DNA of 64,000 bases from Vicinamibacteria bacterium (GCA_964291235.2 OZ219815.1:864001-928000), one strand, 5' to 3'. Positions 48,110-58,662 are shown, numbered from the stretch's first letter. Made by a program: numbers and translations. Notes: generated by a model from the sequence alone, not told the origin.

Positions 48110-48952
48110 ATGCATCGCCTGCTCCTCGCCCCGCTTCTCCTCCTGACCGCGGCGCCGGCCGCCGCCCAACCGGAGGAATGGTCGCGGCCGTTCCCCGCGC
48201 ACCGGGTGATCGGCAACCTCTACTCGGTGGGAACCTACGATCTGGGGTGTTTTCTCATTGCGACGGAGGAAGGACACCTGCTCATCAACACCGGCCTCGC
48301 CGATTCGACCGCCCTCATTCGGGAGAACATCGAGTCCCTCGGCTTCCGGTTTGACGATATCCGCATCCTGCTCACCATGCAGGCCCACTACGACCACGTC
48401 GCCGCGTTCGCCGAGATCAAGGAGGCCACCGGCGCCCGGATGTGGGCGACCGCGGCGGACGCCCCGCTCCTCCGGGACGGCGGGGCCAGCGATCCCCATT
48501 TCAAGGGTGAGTACCCCTTCGCTCCGGTCGCGGTGGACCGCGTCCTCCGGGACAACGAGGTGATCGCGTTGGGCGGGGTTCGGCTGACGGTGGTCGAAAC
48601 GCCCGGGCACACCCCCGGGAGCGCCACCTACCTGATGACCGTCCGCGAGAACGGGCGCGACTACCGCGTCGCCATCGCCAACATGGGTTCCATGAACCCC
48701 GGGCTGCGACTCACGAAGGACCCGACGTACCCTGGGATTGCGGACGACTTCGCCAGGACCTTCCGGCGGCAGAAGCAGATGGAAGTGGACGTGTGGGTCG
48801 CGGCGCACGCTTCCCAGACCGGCCTCCACGACAAATACCGCCCGGGGGACCCCTATGACCCCGACACCTTCCGGGACCCCGAGGGCTTCCGGGAGCTTGT
48901 CGCGCACTACCAGGCGCTCTTCGAGAAACAGCTCGCCGCGGAGCGGCGGTGA
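48110..48952 (+). CDS. Subclass B3 metallo-beta-lactamase, GOB-like (Gln116)
   Basis: Signal peptide, WSRPFPAHRVIGNLYSVGTYDL, QAHYDH, TPGHTPG, DVWVAAH. Confidence 0.88.
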   Translation: MHRLLLAPLLLLTAAPAAAQPEEWSRPFPAHRVIGNLYSVGTYDLGCFLIATEEGHLLINTGLADSTALIRENIESLGFRFDDIRILLTMQAHYDHVAAFAEIKEATGARMWATAADAPLLRDGGASDPHFKGEYPFAPVAVDRVLRDNEVIALGGVRLTVVETPGHTPGSATYLMTVRENGRDYRVAIANMGSMNPGLRLTKDPTYPGIADDFARTFRRQKQMEVDVWVAAHASQTGLHDKYRPGDPYDPDTFRDPEGFRELVAHYQALFEKQLAAERR

Positions 48953-48962
48953 CGGGGGCGGA

Positions 48963-49721
48963 TTGACTGCGGACCCTGCGGTCGAAGCCGCGCGGCGGCT
49001 CGTCGGCGGCGCCTCGCGCATCGTCGGCTTCACCGGCGCCGGCATCTCGACCGAGTCGGGCGTCCCCGACTTCCGCAGTCCCGAGGGAGTCTGGGCCCGG
49101 AACCGGATCGTGGACTTCCAGGAGTTCGTCTCCAGCGAGGCGGGGCGCGTCGAGTACTGGCGCCAGAAAGCCGCCGCCTGGCCCGCGATGCGCGACGCGC
49201 AGCCGAACGCGGGTCACCACGCCTTTTTCGAACTTCATCGCCAGGGCCGGCTCGACGCGCTGGTCACGCAGAACATCGAGCGCCTTCACCAGCGATCGGG
49301 GCTCCCGGCCGACAAGGTCTTCGAGCTGCATGGGACCACGACCGAGGCGGCCTGCCTGACCTGCGACGACCGGATCTCCTCCGACGAGGCGTGCCGCCGC
49401 ATCGAGAACGGCGAAAAGGCGCCGCGCTGCCGGCAGTGCGGGGGGTTCCTGAAGCCCGCGACGATCTCCTTCGGGCAGGCGATGCCGCAGGATGTCGTGG
49501 AACGGGCGGTGGCGGCGGCCGAGGCGTGCGACCTGATGCTCGCGGTCGGCTCCTCGCTCGTGGTCGAGCCCGCCGCCTCGATCCCCCGCGTCGCCCGCTA
49601 CGCCGGAGCGCGGCTGATCATCGTGAATCGGGATCCGACGCCGCTCGATCGCTTCGCGGATGCGGTGGTGCGCGGCGAAATCGGCGCGGTGCTGCCGGAG
49701 CTGGTGCGCGGGATCGGGTAG
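48963..49721 (+). CDS. cobB: Sir2 family NAD-dependent deacylase
   Basis: GAGISTESGVPDFRS, TQNI, ELHG, two CxxC pairs, GSSLVVEP. Confidence 0.92.
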   Translation: MTADPAVEAARRLVGGASRIVGFTGAGISTESGVPDFRSPEGVWARNRIVDFQEFVSSEAGRVEYWRQKAAAWPAMRDAQPNAGHHAFFELHRQGRLDALVTQNIERLHQRSGLPADKVFELHGTTTEAACLTCDDRISSDEACRRIENGEKAPRCRQCGGFLKPATISFGQAMPQDVVERAVAAAEACDLMLAVGSSLVVEPAASIPRVARYAGARLIIVNRDPTPLDRFADAVVRGEIGAVLPELVRGIG

Positions 49722-49749
49722 CTGGCGCGACCGAGGCTGCTGAGGTCCA

Positions 49750-49924
49750 CGCCGAGAGGGGAACCATCCTGACGCTGGGGGTTCCATCCCGCCGCCCGCC
49801 TGCGGCGGGCTGTGCCGATCTGGAGATCGGCGGTCCATTGCGGTCCCGGCCGGGCGTGCTGGTGGGGGGCGTCCCGCCGCCCGCCTGCGGCGGGCTGTGC
49901 CGGCCTGGAGGCCGGCGTTCCCAG
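49750..49924 (-). repeat. Two REP-like units plus flanking motif between convergent genes
   Basis: Reverse-complement copies at ~49787-49836 and ~49871-49924. 49750-49769 matches 34769-34788. Confidence 0.88.
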
Positions 49925-49950
49925 CCAAGGCGCCATCCGAGCCAGCGGGG

Positions 49951-50739
49951 TTACGCGGTGTCCAGCACCTCGTTTACGAAGCGGCGCAGGAGGCTGGCGG
50001 CGCCCCGGGTCTCGGGCATGACGGCGCGGAGTTCTTCCAGCGAACTGGCGCCGGTCAGCGGAAGATACGGAGGGTAGGTGGCGATCCTCTGGATCAGATC
50101 CTCCTTGACCAGCTCCGGATGGAACTGGGTCGCGTAGATCGGTTTTCCCGGAAACGTCAGCGCTTCGTTTTCGATCGTGGCGCTCGAGGCGAGACTCACG
50201 GCCCCTTCGGGAAGTTCGTCCACGATGTCCTCGTGACCGATCACCACCGGAAAGCCGGCCCCGAGCGGACCGAAGACCGGATCCCGCCTCCCCGCTTCCG
50301 TCAGGTCCAGCGGAAGCACCCCCACTTCGGCACGGGCGTGATCGGTGACCACCCGGCCGCCGAGGGCCTTGGCCAGCGCCTGGAATCCCCAGCAGGAAGC
50401 GAAGGTCGGGATGGAATGCTCATGGAGGGCCTCCATCGCCCCGAGCGCCCCGGCGAGCCAGGGTCCACCCCGGACGACGGAGTGGTCGCCGCTCCCTCCG
50501 ATGAGGACGGCGTCGGCCGACCGGAGCCGGGAGAGCCCCGGAGATCCCCCCAGCAGGTCGAAGATCTCGAGCTGCTCACCGTCTATCCCGAGCGCGCGCC
50601 GGAAGGAATCGGCCTCGTGGGCCGCCACCCGATCGCCGGGCTCCCGCACCTGCAGCAGCAGGAAGCGCGATGGTTTCGGGCTCACGGATTCGAAGCTGGC
50701 GGAGCGGCCGGAGGAAACGAAGGACTCCGGGGCCGTCAC
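49951..50739 (-). CDS. Type 1 glutamine amidotransferase
   Basis: GGSG, ASCWGFQ nucleophile, TQFHPE. Confidence 0.9.
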   Translation of the reverse strand: MTAPESFVSSGRSASFESVSPKPSRFLLLQVREPGDRVAAHEADSFRRALGIDGEQLEIFDLLGGSPGLSRLRSADAVLIGGSGDHSVVRGGPWLAGALGAMEALHEHSIPTFASCWGFQALAKALGGRVVTDHARAEVGVLPLDLTEAGRRDPVFGPLGAGFPVVIGHEDIVDELPEGAVSLASSATIENEALTFPGKPIYATQFHPELVKEDLIQRIATYPPYLPLTGASSLEELRAVMPETRGAASLLRRFVNEVLDTA

Positions 50740-52240
50740 TCGGACGTATAGCGGCTCAGCAGGGGCTTGCCCGGAAACACGCCTTCCACGAGCGCTCCGT
50801 CCCGCACCACCGGGACGCCGTCCACCACCACGTGGGTGACCCCTTCGGAGAAGCTCATGTCGTCCTCGAAGTTCGCGGTGTCGATGATGGCGTCCGGATC
50901 GAACACGGCGATGTCGGCAATGGCGCCGACTTGGATCCGGCCTTTCCGCCGCATGAGGGGAGCGACTTCCTGAAGCCGCTCGGCCGGCAAGAGCGTGATC
51001 TTCTTGATCGCCTCGGGAAGCGACAGCACCCCCTGATCGCGGACATAGCGCCCGAGGACCCGGGAGAACGTGCCCGCCGAGCGCGGGTGGGCGCCGGGGG
51101 CGTAGGGCATGCCGTCCGAGGCCACCATTACGAACGGGAGTGCTGCATCGCCAGCTCGATCATCGCCGGGTCCATCATGTGCATGATCACCGTGCCCCCT
51201 TCCTCCTGGAAGAAGTTGAAGGTCTCCTCGGTGAGCCGCTCGCCGGTGTCCTGCCACTGGATGTCCTCGTAGGTCATCCCGAGTTTTTCCTGCCAGCCCT
51301 CGTCGAAGATCGCCGAGGAGATTCCCGTGGAGGCCGCGGTGTAGGGATAGGCCTCGGTGGTCACGTCCACGCCGGCGTCCCGGGCGCCCTTGATCAGGGC
51401 CAGGGTGACCGGCAGGTGGTGCAGGCTGGAACTGTTCAGGTGGACGATATGGAGCGGCGCTCCGGTGGCGGTGGCATTGGCGAGGACTTCCTGGATCGCG
51501 GACACCGCCATGTCGCGGACGTGGGTGTAGATCGGAACGTCGAGTTCCGCGGCCAGCTCGAAGATCCGGAAGATCTCCGTGTGGGTGGCGCCCGGGTAGT
51601 ACTGGTGCGGCATGCCGATTCCCAGTCCGCCGGCCCGGAGCTCGGCGGCGATGGCCTCATGGACCGTCTCGGCGTCCTCCACCGCGGCGTAGTTCGCTTC
51701 GCGGAGGAGGTTGGCGTGTTCGATTACCAGTTCGGCGCCGGTGCTCTCCGCGTCCAGGACCCCTTCCGCCACCTCGCTGACATCCGGAATCCCGAGCAGC
51801 CGCAGTCCCCCGTGGGACACCGAGGCGCCGTAGTGAACGATCGCGTCCCCGGCGCGGCTTTCGAGGAAACGGGCAACCCGCGGCACGCCGCCCTCCAGCT
51901 CCAGCGCGGTCGTCACTCCGTCCATCGCCTGGTACTTGTTCGCTTCGCCGGACTGTCCGTGTGCGTGGAGGTCAATGAACCCCGGGCTCACCACCTTTCC
52001 CGAGGCATCGAGCAGCGCGCCGCCCTGCTTCAGGCGGTTCTGGAGCACCTCGCGGGAGATCGCCACGATCTCGTTCCGGACCACTCCCACGTCGCGGACC
52101 GCGTCGAGTCCCGTTTCGGGATCGATGACGCGGCCACCGGTGATCACGAGGTCGAGATCGCGCTCCTGGGCCAGGAGCGCCGCCGGAAGCAGCAGAGCGA
52201 GGATAAGGGCGCCGGAGCGCCGGGAACGGCAGGAACGCAT
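50736..52240 (-). pseudogene. Amidohydrolase (N-acyl-D-amino-acid deacylase-like), frameshifted
   Basis: PGFIDLHAH in the 5' frame and ASDG...HPRSAGTFSR...ADIAVFDP in another frame. Frames switch near 51140. Confidence 0.85.
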
Positions 52241-52275
52241 GGGTGCGGTTCTCCTTGTCGAAATCATCTTGAGGG

Positions 52276-54045
52276 CTATCTGGGAATCACCGGAAGCACC
52301 ACCCTCGAGGGGTGGTCCGCATCGTGGTAGATGGTGTTCGTCGCCACCACGCCCGGACGGTCCTCCATCATCTCCCTCCCGGTGTTTCCATTCGGGTACC
52401 ACTTCGGAAAACTCGAACTGGTGACGGTGAGCCGGATCCGCTGGCCCTTCAGGAAGACGTTGGACATCGGGTAGAGCTCGATCGTGTAGGGGACGATCTC
52501 GCCGGGGGTCAGCAGCACCGGTGCTTCATCCCCTTCCCGGTAGCGGGCACGCTGGATCATCTGGCGGAGCAGTTGCGAGTAGCCCGACTCGTGAACGGCG
52601 GTCATGGTGACCACCCAGTCGGTGTCCAGCGCGGACGAGGAGGCGAAGAACTCGACCCGCACGAAGCCGGTCACCTCGAGCGGAGCTTCGAGCGGCGTCG
52701 AGGTGTAGGTGAGGCTGACGCGATCGGCGGGTCCGTGATCCTGCGCTCCGCGCGGCTCCACAAAGAGGTCGCCGCCGATGGTCGGCGCCGGATTCCGGGG
52801 GTCGTACTCGTAGGAATCCGGGGTTTCGGAGCCCGACGGCGGGTCACGCGAGAGCACGCCGTCGTTGAGCGAATCGGCGCTCCCGGCGGGACCGGCCCGC
52901 AGGTACCACGCCTCCTCCTGCTGGCGGGCGAGCGGGAACTCGTTCTCCTCGCGCCAGACGTTGTCTCCCATCACGTAAATGAGGACCGGCGCCTCGTCCA
53001 TGATGCCGTTGTCGTGGCCCTTGAGGTGGTGGTCGAACCAGCGCAGGCGCAGCGCCAGGTCGTCGATGCTCGATCCCGGGAAGTTCATGTCGCCGACCCG
53101 GTCGTCGGAGGGCGGCCAGCCGTGGATCCAGGGCCCCACGATGAGCTTCTGCTGTCCCTTCCCGTTCGGTCCGCCGATCTCGTTCACCTCCTTGAAGTGG
53201 CGCACGGTGCCGTGGATGTGCCGGTCGTACCAGCCGCCGAGGTGATAGATGGGCACGTCGAACTTCTCGTATTGCTCGTCCACCGCGAGACGGCGCCAGT
53301 AGTCGTTGTAGTACGGGTTGCCGACGAGGTCGTTGTACATGTCCGAGAACATGCTCTCGGTGAACGAATCGCCCACCTCGCGGTGTTCGTCGTACCAGGA
53401 GGTCCACGCCTCGCCGGATCCCAGATAACCCCGGTGGCCCGGAACATTCATCCTCAGCGGCTTCACCATCTCTCGCTGAGTGAGCAGCCAGGTCGGCAGG
53501 ACCATGTGGAGCGCGCCGCCCTGCCAGAAGATGTCCCGGTAGCTGTTCGAGGCGTACTGCGAGCAGAACATCGCTTCGAGGTGCGGCGGTTGGGTGGGCG
53601 CGGTGAGGAGTTGATTCGCGCAGGTGAACGACAGCCCGTGCGTCCCCACCTTCCCGGTGGACATCGGGTGCGCCGCCGCCCACTCGATGGTGTCGTAGCC
53701 GTCCTGGCGTTCCCCCCAGCCCTCGTCCATGAGCCAGTAGTACTCCCCCTCGGACTCGTAGCGGCCGCGTTCGTCCTGGGCCATGGCGATGTACCCGCGG
53801 GCCGCGAAATACTCGGCGGAGGAGCGGGCGCAGGCGCCCTTGTTGTAGGGAGTGCGCTCGAGAACCACGGGAAACGGACCCGGCCCCTGTCCAAGCGGGG
53901 TGTAAACGTCGGTCGCGAGACGGGTGCCGTCCCGCATGGGAACCATCACCTGCTCGCAGGTCCAGTTCTGGGCGGCGCCGAGCGCCGGGAACCAGAGGAG
54001 ACAGACGGTTGCGCCAGCCAGACGGGTGGAGAGACGGGTCATCAC
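52276..54045 (-). CDS. CocE/NonD family hydrolase
   Basis: MRDGTRLATDVY, RTPY, DGYDTIEW, GLSF, GGWYD, GPWIH. Confidence 0.93.
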   Translation of the reverse strand: MMTRLSTRLAGATVCLLWFPALGAAQNWTCEQVMVPMRDGTRLATDVYTPLGQGPGPFPVVLERTPYNKGACARSSAEYFAARGYIAMAQDERGRYESEGEYYWLMDEGWGERQDGYDTIEWAAAHPMSTGKVGTHGLSFTCANQLLTAPTQPPHLEAMFCSQYASNSYRDIFWQGGALHMVLPTWLLTQREMVKPLRMNVPGHRGYLGSGEAWTSWYDEHREVGDSFTESMFSDMYNDLVGNPYYNDYWRRLAVDEQYEKFDVPIYHLGGWYDRHIHGTVRHFKEVNEIGGPNGKGQQKLIVGPWIHGWPPSDDRVGDMNFPGSSIDDLALRLRWFDHHLKGHDNGIMDEAPVLIYVMGDNVWREENEFPLARQQEEAWYLRAGPAGSADSLNDGVLSRDPPSGSETPDSYEYDPRNPAPTIGGDLFVEPRGAQDHGPADRVSLTYTSTPLEAPLEVTGFVRVEFFASSSALDTDWVVTMTAVHESGYSQLLRQMIQRARYREGDEAPVLLTPGEIVPYTIELYPMSNVFLKGQRIRLTVTSSSFPKWYPNGNTGREMMEDRPGVVATNTIYHDADHPSRVVLPVIPR

Positions 54046-54171
54046 GACCTCCGTTGAGAAGCGGGGAAGGGTTTCAATCTTCCCACGCCCCTCAGGGCCG
54101 GACCAAATCGGGCAAAGCCGAACTCCCGGGTGTCCGGGAGGGACCGGGGCGCGGGCGGCGCTTCTCGCGCG

Positions 54172-56232
54172 TCAGCGGTCCAGCGCCTCCAGTTGCACGA
54201 AGTGGTCCACGTACCCCCGGTACCGGTTCCGGATGTCGCTGACGTATCGGGTGACTTCCGAACCCCGGACATAGCCGTGAGCCGCCCGGCTCGCGTACTC
54301 GGGTTCGCTCAGCTTGCGCATTGCCTCCTCGACGTGGCCGAACCAGAGCGAGCCGTCGAGCCCGAGTTGCCGCGCCAGGCGCCGGCCATCCCGCACGTGG
54401 CCGTAGCCGGCGTTATAGGAGGCCAGGGCGAACCAGAGCTGTTCGCCCGGGGGCAGGTCGGGGAACCGGTCCCGCGTCCAGGCGAGATAGCGGACCCCGG
54501 CGTCAATACCGACCTCGGGCTCGGCAAGCCGGTCCGGATCCACCCCGAGTTCCTCCGCCGTGCGGGGCATGATCTGGAGTAGCCCCCGCGCCCCCGCGTA
54601 GCTGACGGTCCGGGGGTTGAAGCCGCTCTCCTGGTACATCTGGGCGATGATCAGGCGCCAGTCGAAACCCTCCTCCTCGGCGACCGGCTTGACCAGGACG
54701 TCGTAACGCGAAAGCTCGTCCCCGGTGACCCGGTGCTCCCGCTGGCGTTCCTGGCGACGGCGATTCGCGAAGTACTTGTTGTAGAGGATGTTGAAGTCGA
54801 GGCCGCGATAGCCGGCGTTCAGGAAGGCGTCCAATTCCCGCTTCAGATCCTCACGCTCCGGACCCACCGCCCAGACGAGTTGCACCGTGGGTTCCACCGC
54901 GAGCCCCAGCTGCAGCCGCGGCTCGAAGGTCGCCGCGAGTTCGGCGCGGTGGCTGTCCACCAGGGTCACGTCCACTTCGCCCTCCGCCACCGCTGCCAGG
55001 ATGGCGTGACTGGAAAGCTGCGATGCCTCGACCTCGAAGTCCCCCTCGAGGCTTCCGAGCGTTGCCAGGTAACTCGTCGCCTCCGGGACCGTCACCGTGC
55101 GTCCGGCGAGGTCGGTCAATAGCGCGACCGGCTCCCCGGCGGTGACGAAGGTTTCCTGGATTTCGAGGTAATGACGGGTGAACAGCAGGCCCTCTGCGGC
55201 GCGCGCCGGCGTCTCGACCCAGCCGGCGGCCACCAGGTCCCCGCGCCCGGCGACGAGTCCCTCGACGAGTTCGGTGTGATCGCGGGCCACGATCACCGCC
55301 AGGTCCAGACCGCGAGCGTCCGCGAACATCCGCACCAGTTCGTACTCGAAGCCGAGCCGCTCGCCTCGCCACAGGTAGTGCGTCACCGGCGAGCTGATTG
55401 TCAGGAGCCGGAGCTGGCCCGACGCCTGGATCGCCTCCCAGTCACGGACTTCCGAAGGTTCGTCGGCGACGGTGTGGTGTTCCGTCAGGAAATCATCAAG
55501 TGTCTCCCGCAGGTCCGGGTTTTCCCGCCGCACCGCCCAGGCGATGCGCTGCGGTTCGGGAAGCTCCGCCAGTTTCTGGATTTCGGAGCTCGTCTGGACG
55601 ACGACCCGGGCGGCCGCTTCATCCATGATCGTGGTGTCGAAGGCGCCGTCTTCGATCAGCTCCTGGATGTTGAGGGGATCGAATACGCCGGCCACCTCAG
55701 CGCGCGGCGCATCCGGGTAGTGGGCGGTGAGGCTCTCCTCATAGGAGGTTCCGGCGGGAACACCGAAGACGCCTTCGCTGCGGCCGATGACCCATTCCCG
55801 CGAAATCGTGAGCGGGACGGTAAAGGCCACCCGCTGCTTGCGGGTCTCCGTAACCGTCAGGGTGGCGACGGCCACATCGGCGCGGCCCTCCTCGAGCGCC
55901 ACCAGCAATCCATCCACGTCGGGGGACACGGTCCACTCGGCGCGCAGGCCGTGGCGCTCGGCGAACCGTTCGGCGAGGAAGCGATAGCGCCCCTTGGACA
56001 ACCCCTGGGAGGGGAGGGTGTCGAACGCTTCGAAACCGTGCCGCACGAAGCGGATCACCCCCCGGTCCAGAATCGCCGGCCAGTCGTCCACGGTCCCCGC
56101 CGGAATCACCGACGGAGGGCCGTCCGCACTCTCGGGAGCGCCACACCCGGGCAGCAGGATCACGAGGAGCGGGAGCGCCGGCACCGCGGTCCCGAGGACC
56201 GCGCGCCAGCGCCGGGCTGTCATCTTCAACAT
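54172..56232 (-). CDS. mltF: MltF-like lytic transglycosylase (two SBP domains plus SLT)
   Basis: Two substrate-binding domains, QMYQESGF, GLLQIMP, ASYNAGYGHV. Start uncertain. Confidence 0.88.
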   Translation of the reverse strand: MLKMTARRWRAVLGTAVPALPLLVILLPGCGAPESADGPPSVIPAGTVDDWPAILDRGVIRFVRHGFEAFDTLPSQGLSKGRYRFLAERFAERHGLRAEWTVSPDVDGLLVALEEGRADVAVATLTVTETRKQRVAFTVPLTISREWVIGRSEGVFGVPAGTSYEESLTAHYPDAPRAEVAGVFDPLNIQELIEDGAFDTTIMDEAAARVVVQTSSEIQKLAELPEPQRIAWAVRRENPDLRETLDDFLTEHHTVADEPSEVRDWEAIQASGQLRLLTISSPVTHYLWRGERLGFEYELVRMFADARGLDLAVIVARDHTELVEGLVAGRGDLVAAGWVETPARAAEGLLFTRHYLEIQETFVTAGEPVALLTDLAGRTVTVPEATSYLATLGSLEGDFEVEASQLSSHAILAAVAEGEVDVTLVDSHRAELAATFEPRLQLGLAVEPTVQLVWAVGPEREDLKRELDAFLNAGYRGLDFNILYNKYFANRRRQERQREHRVTGDELSRYDVLVKPVAEEEGFDWRLIIAQMYQESGFNPRTVSYAGARGLLQIMPRTAEELGVDPDRLAEPEVGIDAGVRYLAWTRDRFPDLPPGEQLWFALASYNAGYGHVRDGRRLARQLGLDGSLWFGHVEEAMRKLSEPEYASRAAHGYVRGSEVTRYVSDIRNRYRGYVDHFVQLEALDR

Positions 56233-56328
56233 CGCAAGCCTTGTGCGGCAGCGGCCCGTAGCCACGAGCCGCCTCGCGTTGTTTTCGCCGCCCGGAAGGC
56301 GACGATTCCCGAAGATTAGCGTCCCGTG

Positions 56329-56404
56329 TGGCGCGCCCTGAGGGATTCGAACCCCCGACCTACAGGTTCGTAGCCTGTTGCTCTATCCACTGAGCTAAGG
56401 GCGC
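56329..56404 (-). tRNA. tRNA-Arg (ACG)
   Basis: 76 nt cloverleaf, anticodon arm ACAGG-CTACGAA-CCTGT, GTTCGAATC T-loop, CCA end. Confidence 0.97.
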
Positions 56405-56528
56405 TTGCGACGCGGGGACCGGGCAATCTAGCAGGTTCCGTGCCGGATCGCCGGTCTTCCGATCGGCATCGTCCGGCGGGAAACGGGCAAAGGGAGCGCT
56501 GTCGCCGCCGGCGGCGGCATCCGTTCCT

Positions 56529-57455
56529 TCAGGCAGCCGCGACCGGAGCCTCCATCCCCCGATGCGCCCAGCCCCGGGCCATCCGGGGGGTGCTCCAGGC
56601 GCTGACGAGGCGGGCGTCCGGAGTCAGGATCAGCAGCCCGGCCGTTCCCCCGAGCCGCGACCAGCAGGCGCCGAGGAGGGTGCGCGCCGCTTGTTCGGGA
56701 TCGTCTCCGGCTTCGATGCGGGCAAGCACCGCGCGGGCCATGGACAAGCGCGCAATGCCCTCTCCCCAGCCGGTGCTCGCCACGCCGCCAACCCGCGAAT
56801 CCGCGTAGAGCCCGGCGCCCGGCAGAGGAGTGTCTCCCACCCGGCCGGGACGCTTGTTCAGGGTCCCACCGGTCGATCCGGCGGCCGCGATCCGGCCGTC
56901 GCAATCGAGCGCCACGGCGCCGACGGTATCCCCGGGCGCGGGTTTCCGGCGGCGGGCCTGGTGCTCCCGCAGACGATTCACTTCGCGGGGCACCACGAGT
57001 TCTCCGGGGCCGATGGCCTCGAATCCCTGCTGGCGGGCGAACTCCTCGGCGCCCGGGCCGGCGAGCAGCACCTGCCCGGTCGTTTCGATGAGCCGCCGGG
57101 CCACCCGGACAGGGTTCCGGATCGTGTTCACGGCGGCCACCCCGCCCACCCGAAGGTCCTCACCGTCCATGATCGAGGCGTCGAGGACGGCCTCGCCGCG
57201 CCGGTTCAAGACGGATCCGGTGCCGGCATTGAGGGCCGGGTCGTCTTCGAGGTGGGTGACCACCGCCTCCACGGTGTCGAGCGCCGAGGCGCCGCGCTTC
57301 AGGAGGTCGAAGCCGAGCCGGACCGCCGCGAGGGAGCCCGCTTCATGAGCCTCCCGCTCCTCGGCGGGAATATCCCAGGCCCCTCCGTGAACCAGCAGGG
57401 CCGGCCCGGAGCCCGGGACAATTTCGCACTGGATCCGGGGCTCGTTCTTGCTCAC
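56529..57455 (-). CDS. iaaA: Isoaspartyl peptidase/L-asparaginase (Ntn hydrolase)
   Basis: VHGGA, DASIMDG, DTVGAVA autocleavage site, STGG, GRVGDTP. Confidence 0.92.
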   Translation of the reverse strand: MSKNEPRIQCEIVPGSGPALLVHGGAWDIPAEEREAHEAGSLAAVRLGFDLLKRGASALDTVEAVVTHLEDDPALNAGTGSVLNRRGEAVLDASIMDGEDLRVGGVAAVNTIRNPVRVARRLIETTGQVLLAGPGAEEFARQQGFEAIGPGELVVPREVNRLREHQARRRKPAPGDTVGAVALDCDGRIAAAGSTGGTLNKRPGRVGDTPLPGAGLYADSRVGGVASTGWGEGIARLSMARAVLARIEAGDDPEQAARTLLGACWSRLGGTAGLLILTPDARLVSAWSTPRMARGWAHRGMEAPVAAA

Positions 57456-57475
57456 CCGAAAAACCAAACCACGCC

Positions 57476-57550
57476 TGGTACCGCTACGGGGATTCGAACC
57501 CCGGTTTGATGGCTGAGAACCACCCGTCCTAACCCCTAGACGATAGCGGC
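57476..57550 (-). tRNA. tRNA-Glu (CTC)
   Basis: 75 nt, anticodon arm GGTGG-TTCTCAG-CCATC, GTTCGAATC T-loop, CCA end. Confidence 0.97.
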
Positions 57551-57593
57551 ACCCGCAGGCGTGGGACCGCGGATTATACGGTTTCCGAATCGT

Positions 57594-58364
57594 TCACGCA
57601 TCCGCGACGCTGGTGGGGATGGTGAGATGCCAGTCGCCGGTGGAGGGCGCCGGAAGGTCGCGGTCGCCGCCCTGTCGCACCAGAACGCGCGCTCCGGAGC
57701 GGCCGGGAAGGAAACGGGCCAGATACAGCCCTCTGGCCAACAGCCGGTGCGGCGTTTCGAACTTCACCGACGTGGCGGAGGCGGCCGCCTGGAGGGTGCT
57801 CGCGGCAAGGAGAGCGGTCACGTCGGGTTCCTCGGGGGGGGCGATCCAGTACGGCACCGCCAGCGGGCCGGAGGCCGGAGGCTCGAACCGGCAACTGGCG
57901 ATCGGCTGGCCGCCGCGCGTCACATGGACCCCCGCCGCCGGCAGCGGCGCCCGATCCGGGAACCCGGCAACCGCGCCGAATGCCGGCCCGAGGCGTTCCC
58001 GGAGACTTTGCTCCTCGGCATCGGGCAACGGGCCCGGGATCACTTCGACGTTCCCCGGCGGCCGGGCGCGCGGCAGGAGGAGAGCGAGCAGGTTCCGGCG
58101 CAGCCAGCCGGGGCGTACCGGGCAGGAATAGCGCGGCAGGGGACCCGCGTCATCGAAACCGAGCGCGCGGAGATCCGGGATCAGGAAACTGGCGTCCTCT
58201 TCGAGGACCACGGCGGTGACGCCGGCGCTTCGGGACCAGGCGGCGAGCCGGGCCAGCCCTTCGCGACGCGACGCCTGCGGCGGAAGACGCAGCCCGCTGA
58301 GGAATTCTCCCGAGCCGGGAGGCGCGATCTGCCGGGTCAGCAGCGGCGCCGTGACGATTTCCAA
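57594..58364 (-). CDS. Hypothetical protein
   Basis: Fills the gap in a minus-strand gene run; no recognisable motif. Confidence 0.55.
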   Translation of the reverse strand: MEIVTAPLLTRQIAPPGSGEFLSGLRLPPQASRREGLARLAAWSRSAGVTAVVLEEDASFLIPDLRALGFDDAGPLPRYSCPVRPGWLRRNLLALLLPRARPPGNVEVIPGPLPDAEEQSLRERLGPAFGAVAGFPDRAPLPAAGVHVTRGGQPIASCRFEPPASGPLAVPYWIAPPEEPDVTALLAASTLQAAASATSVKFETPHRLLARGLYLARFLPGRSGARVLVRQGGDRDLPAPSTGDWHLTIPTSVADA

Positions 58365-58436
58365 GCGGTTTCCCGGGTCTTCACTCGGGCTTCGGGAGGG
58401 GACTCGTGGGCCGGTTGTGAAATGCCTGCTGCCGGA

Positions 58437-58625
58437 TCAGTCCTCGGGGGGCATCAGGATCCCTAGAACGAGATAACACAGGATGCCGGGAAACGCCGCC
58501 GAACAGATGCTCACCAGAACGTAGAGAACCCGAAGCAGCGTCCGGTCCACGTTCCACCAGTCAGCCAGCCCGGCACAGACCCCCAGCACCATCCGCCCCT
58601 GGGATGGACGCACGAGTTTGGCCAT
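58437..58625 (-). CDS. pspC: PspC domain protein
   Basis: KLVRPSQGRMVLGVCAGLA...YLVLGILMP. Confidence 0.9.
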   Translation of the reverse strand: MAKLVRPSQGRMVLGVCAGLADWWNVDRTLLRVLYVLVSICSAAFPGILCYLVLGILMPPED

Positions 58626-58662
58626 TGTCTTCTCCCATCTACGAACTCTTGGGGGGGATGGT

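Noticed and set aside
46094-48952. 952-aa plus-strand ORF as one large protein
   Set aside because: Most of it is antisense shadow of the TonB receptor; only the part from ATG 48110 is the beta-lactamase.
46064-49045. 993-aa minus-strand ORF as an extended TonB receptor
   Set aside because: The first ~330 aa are antisense to the beta-lactamase; the signal peptide begins near 48049.
48963-49721. Sirtuin as a defence Sir2 partner of the TIR gene
   Set aside because: It is a canonical zinc-binding CobB-type deacylase, 6 kb away and at normal GC.
56329-57550. tRNA genes as island integration sites
   Set aside because: No integrase, no duplicated tRNA 3' end seen, and flanking genes look like core genome.
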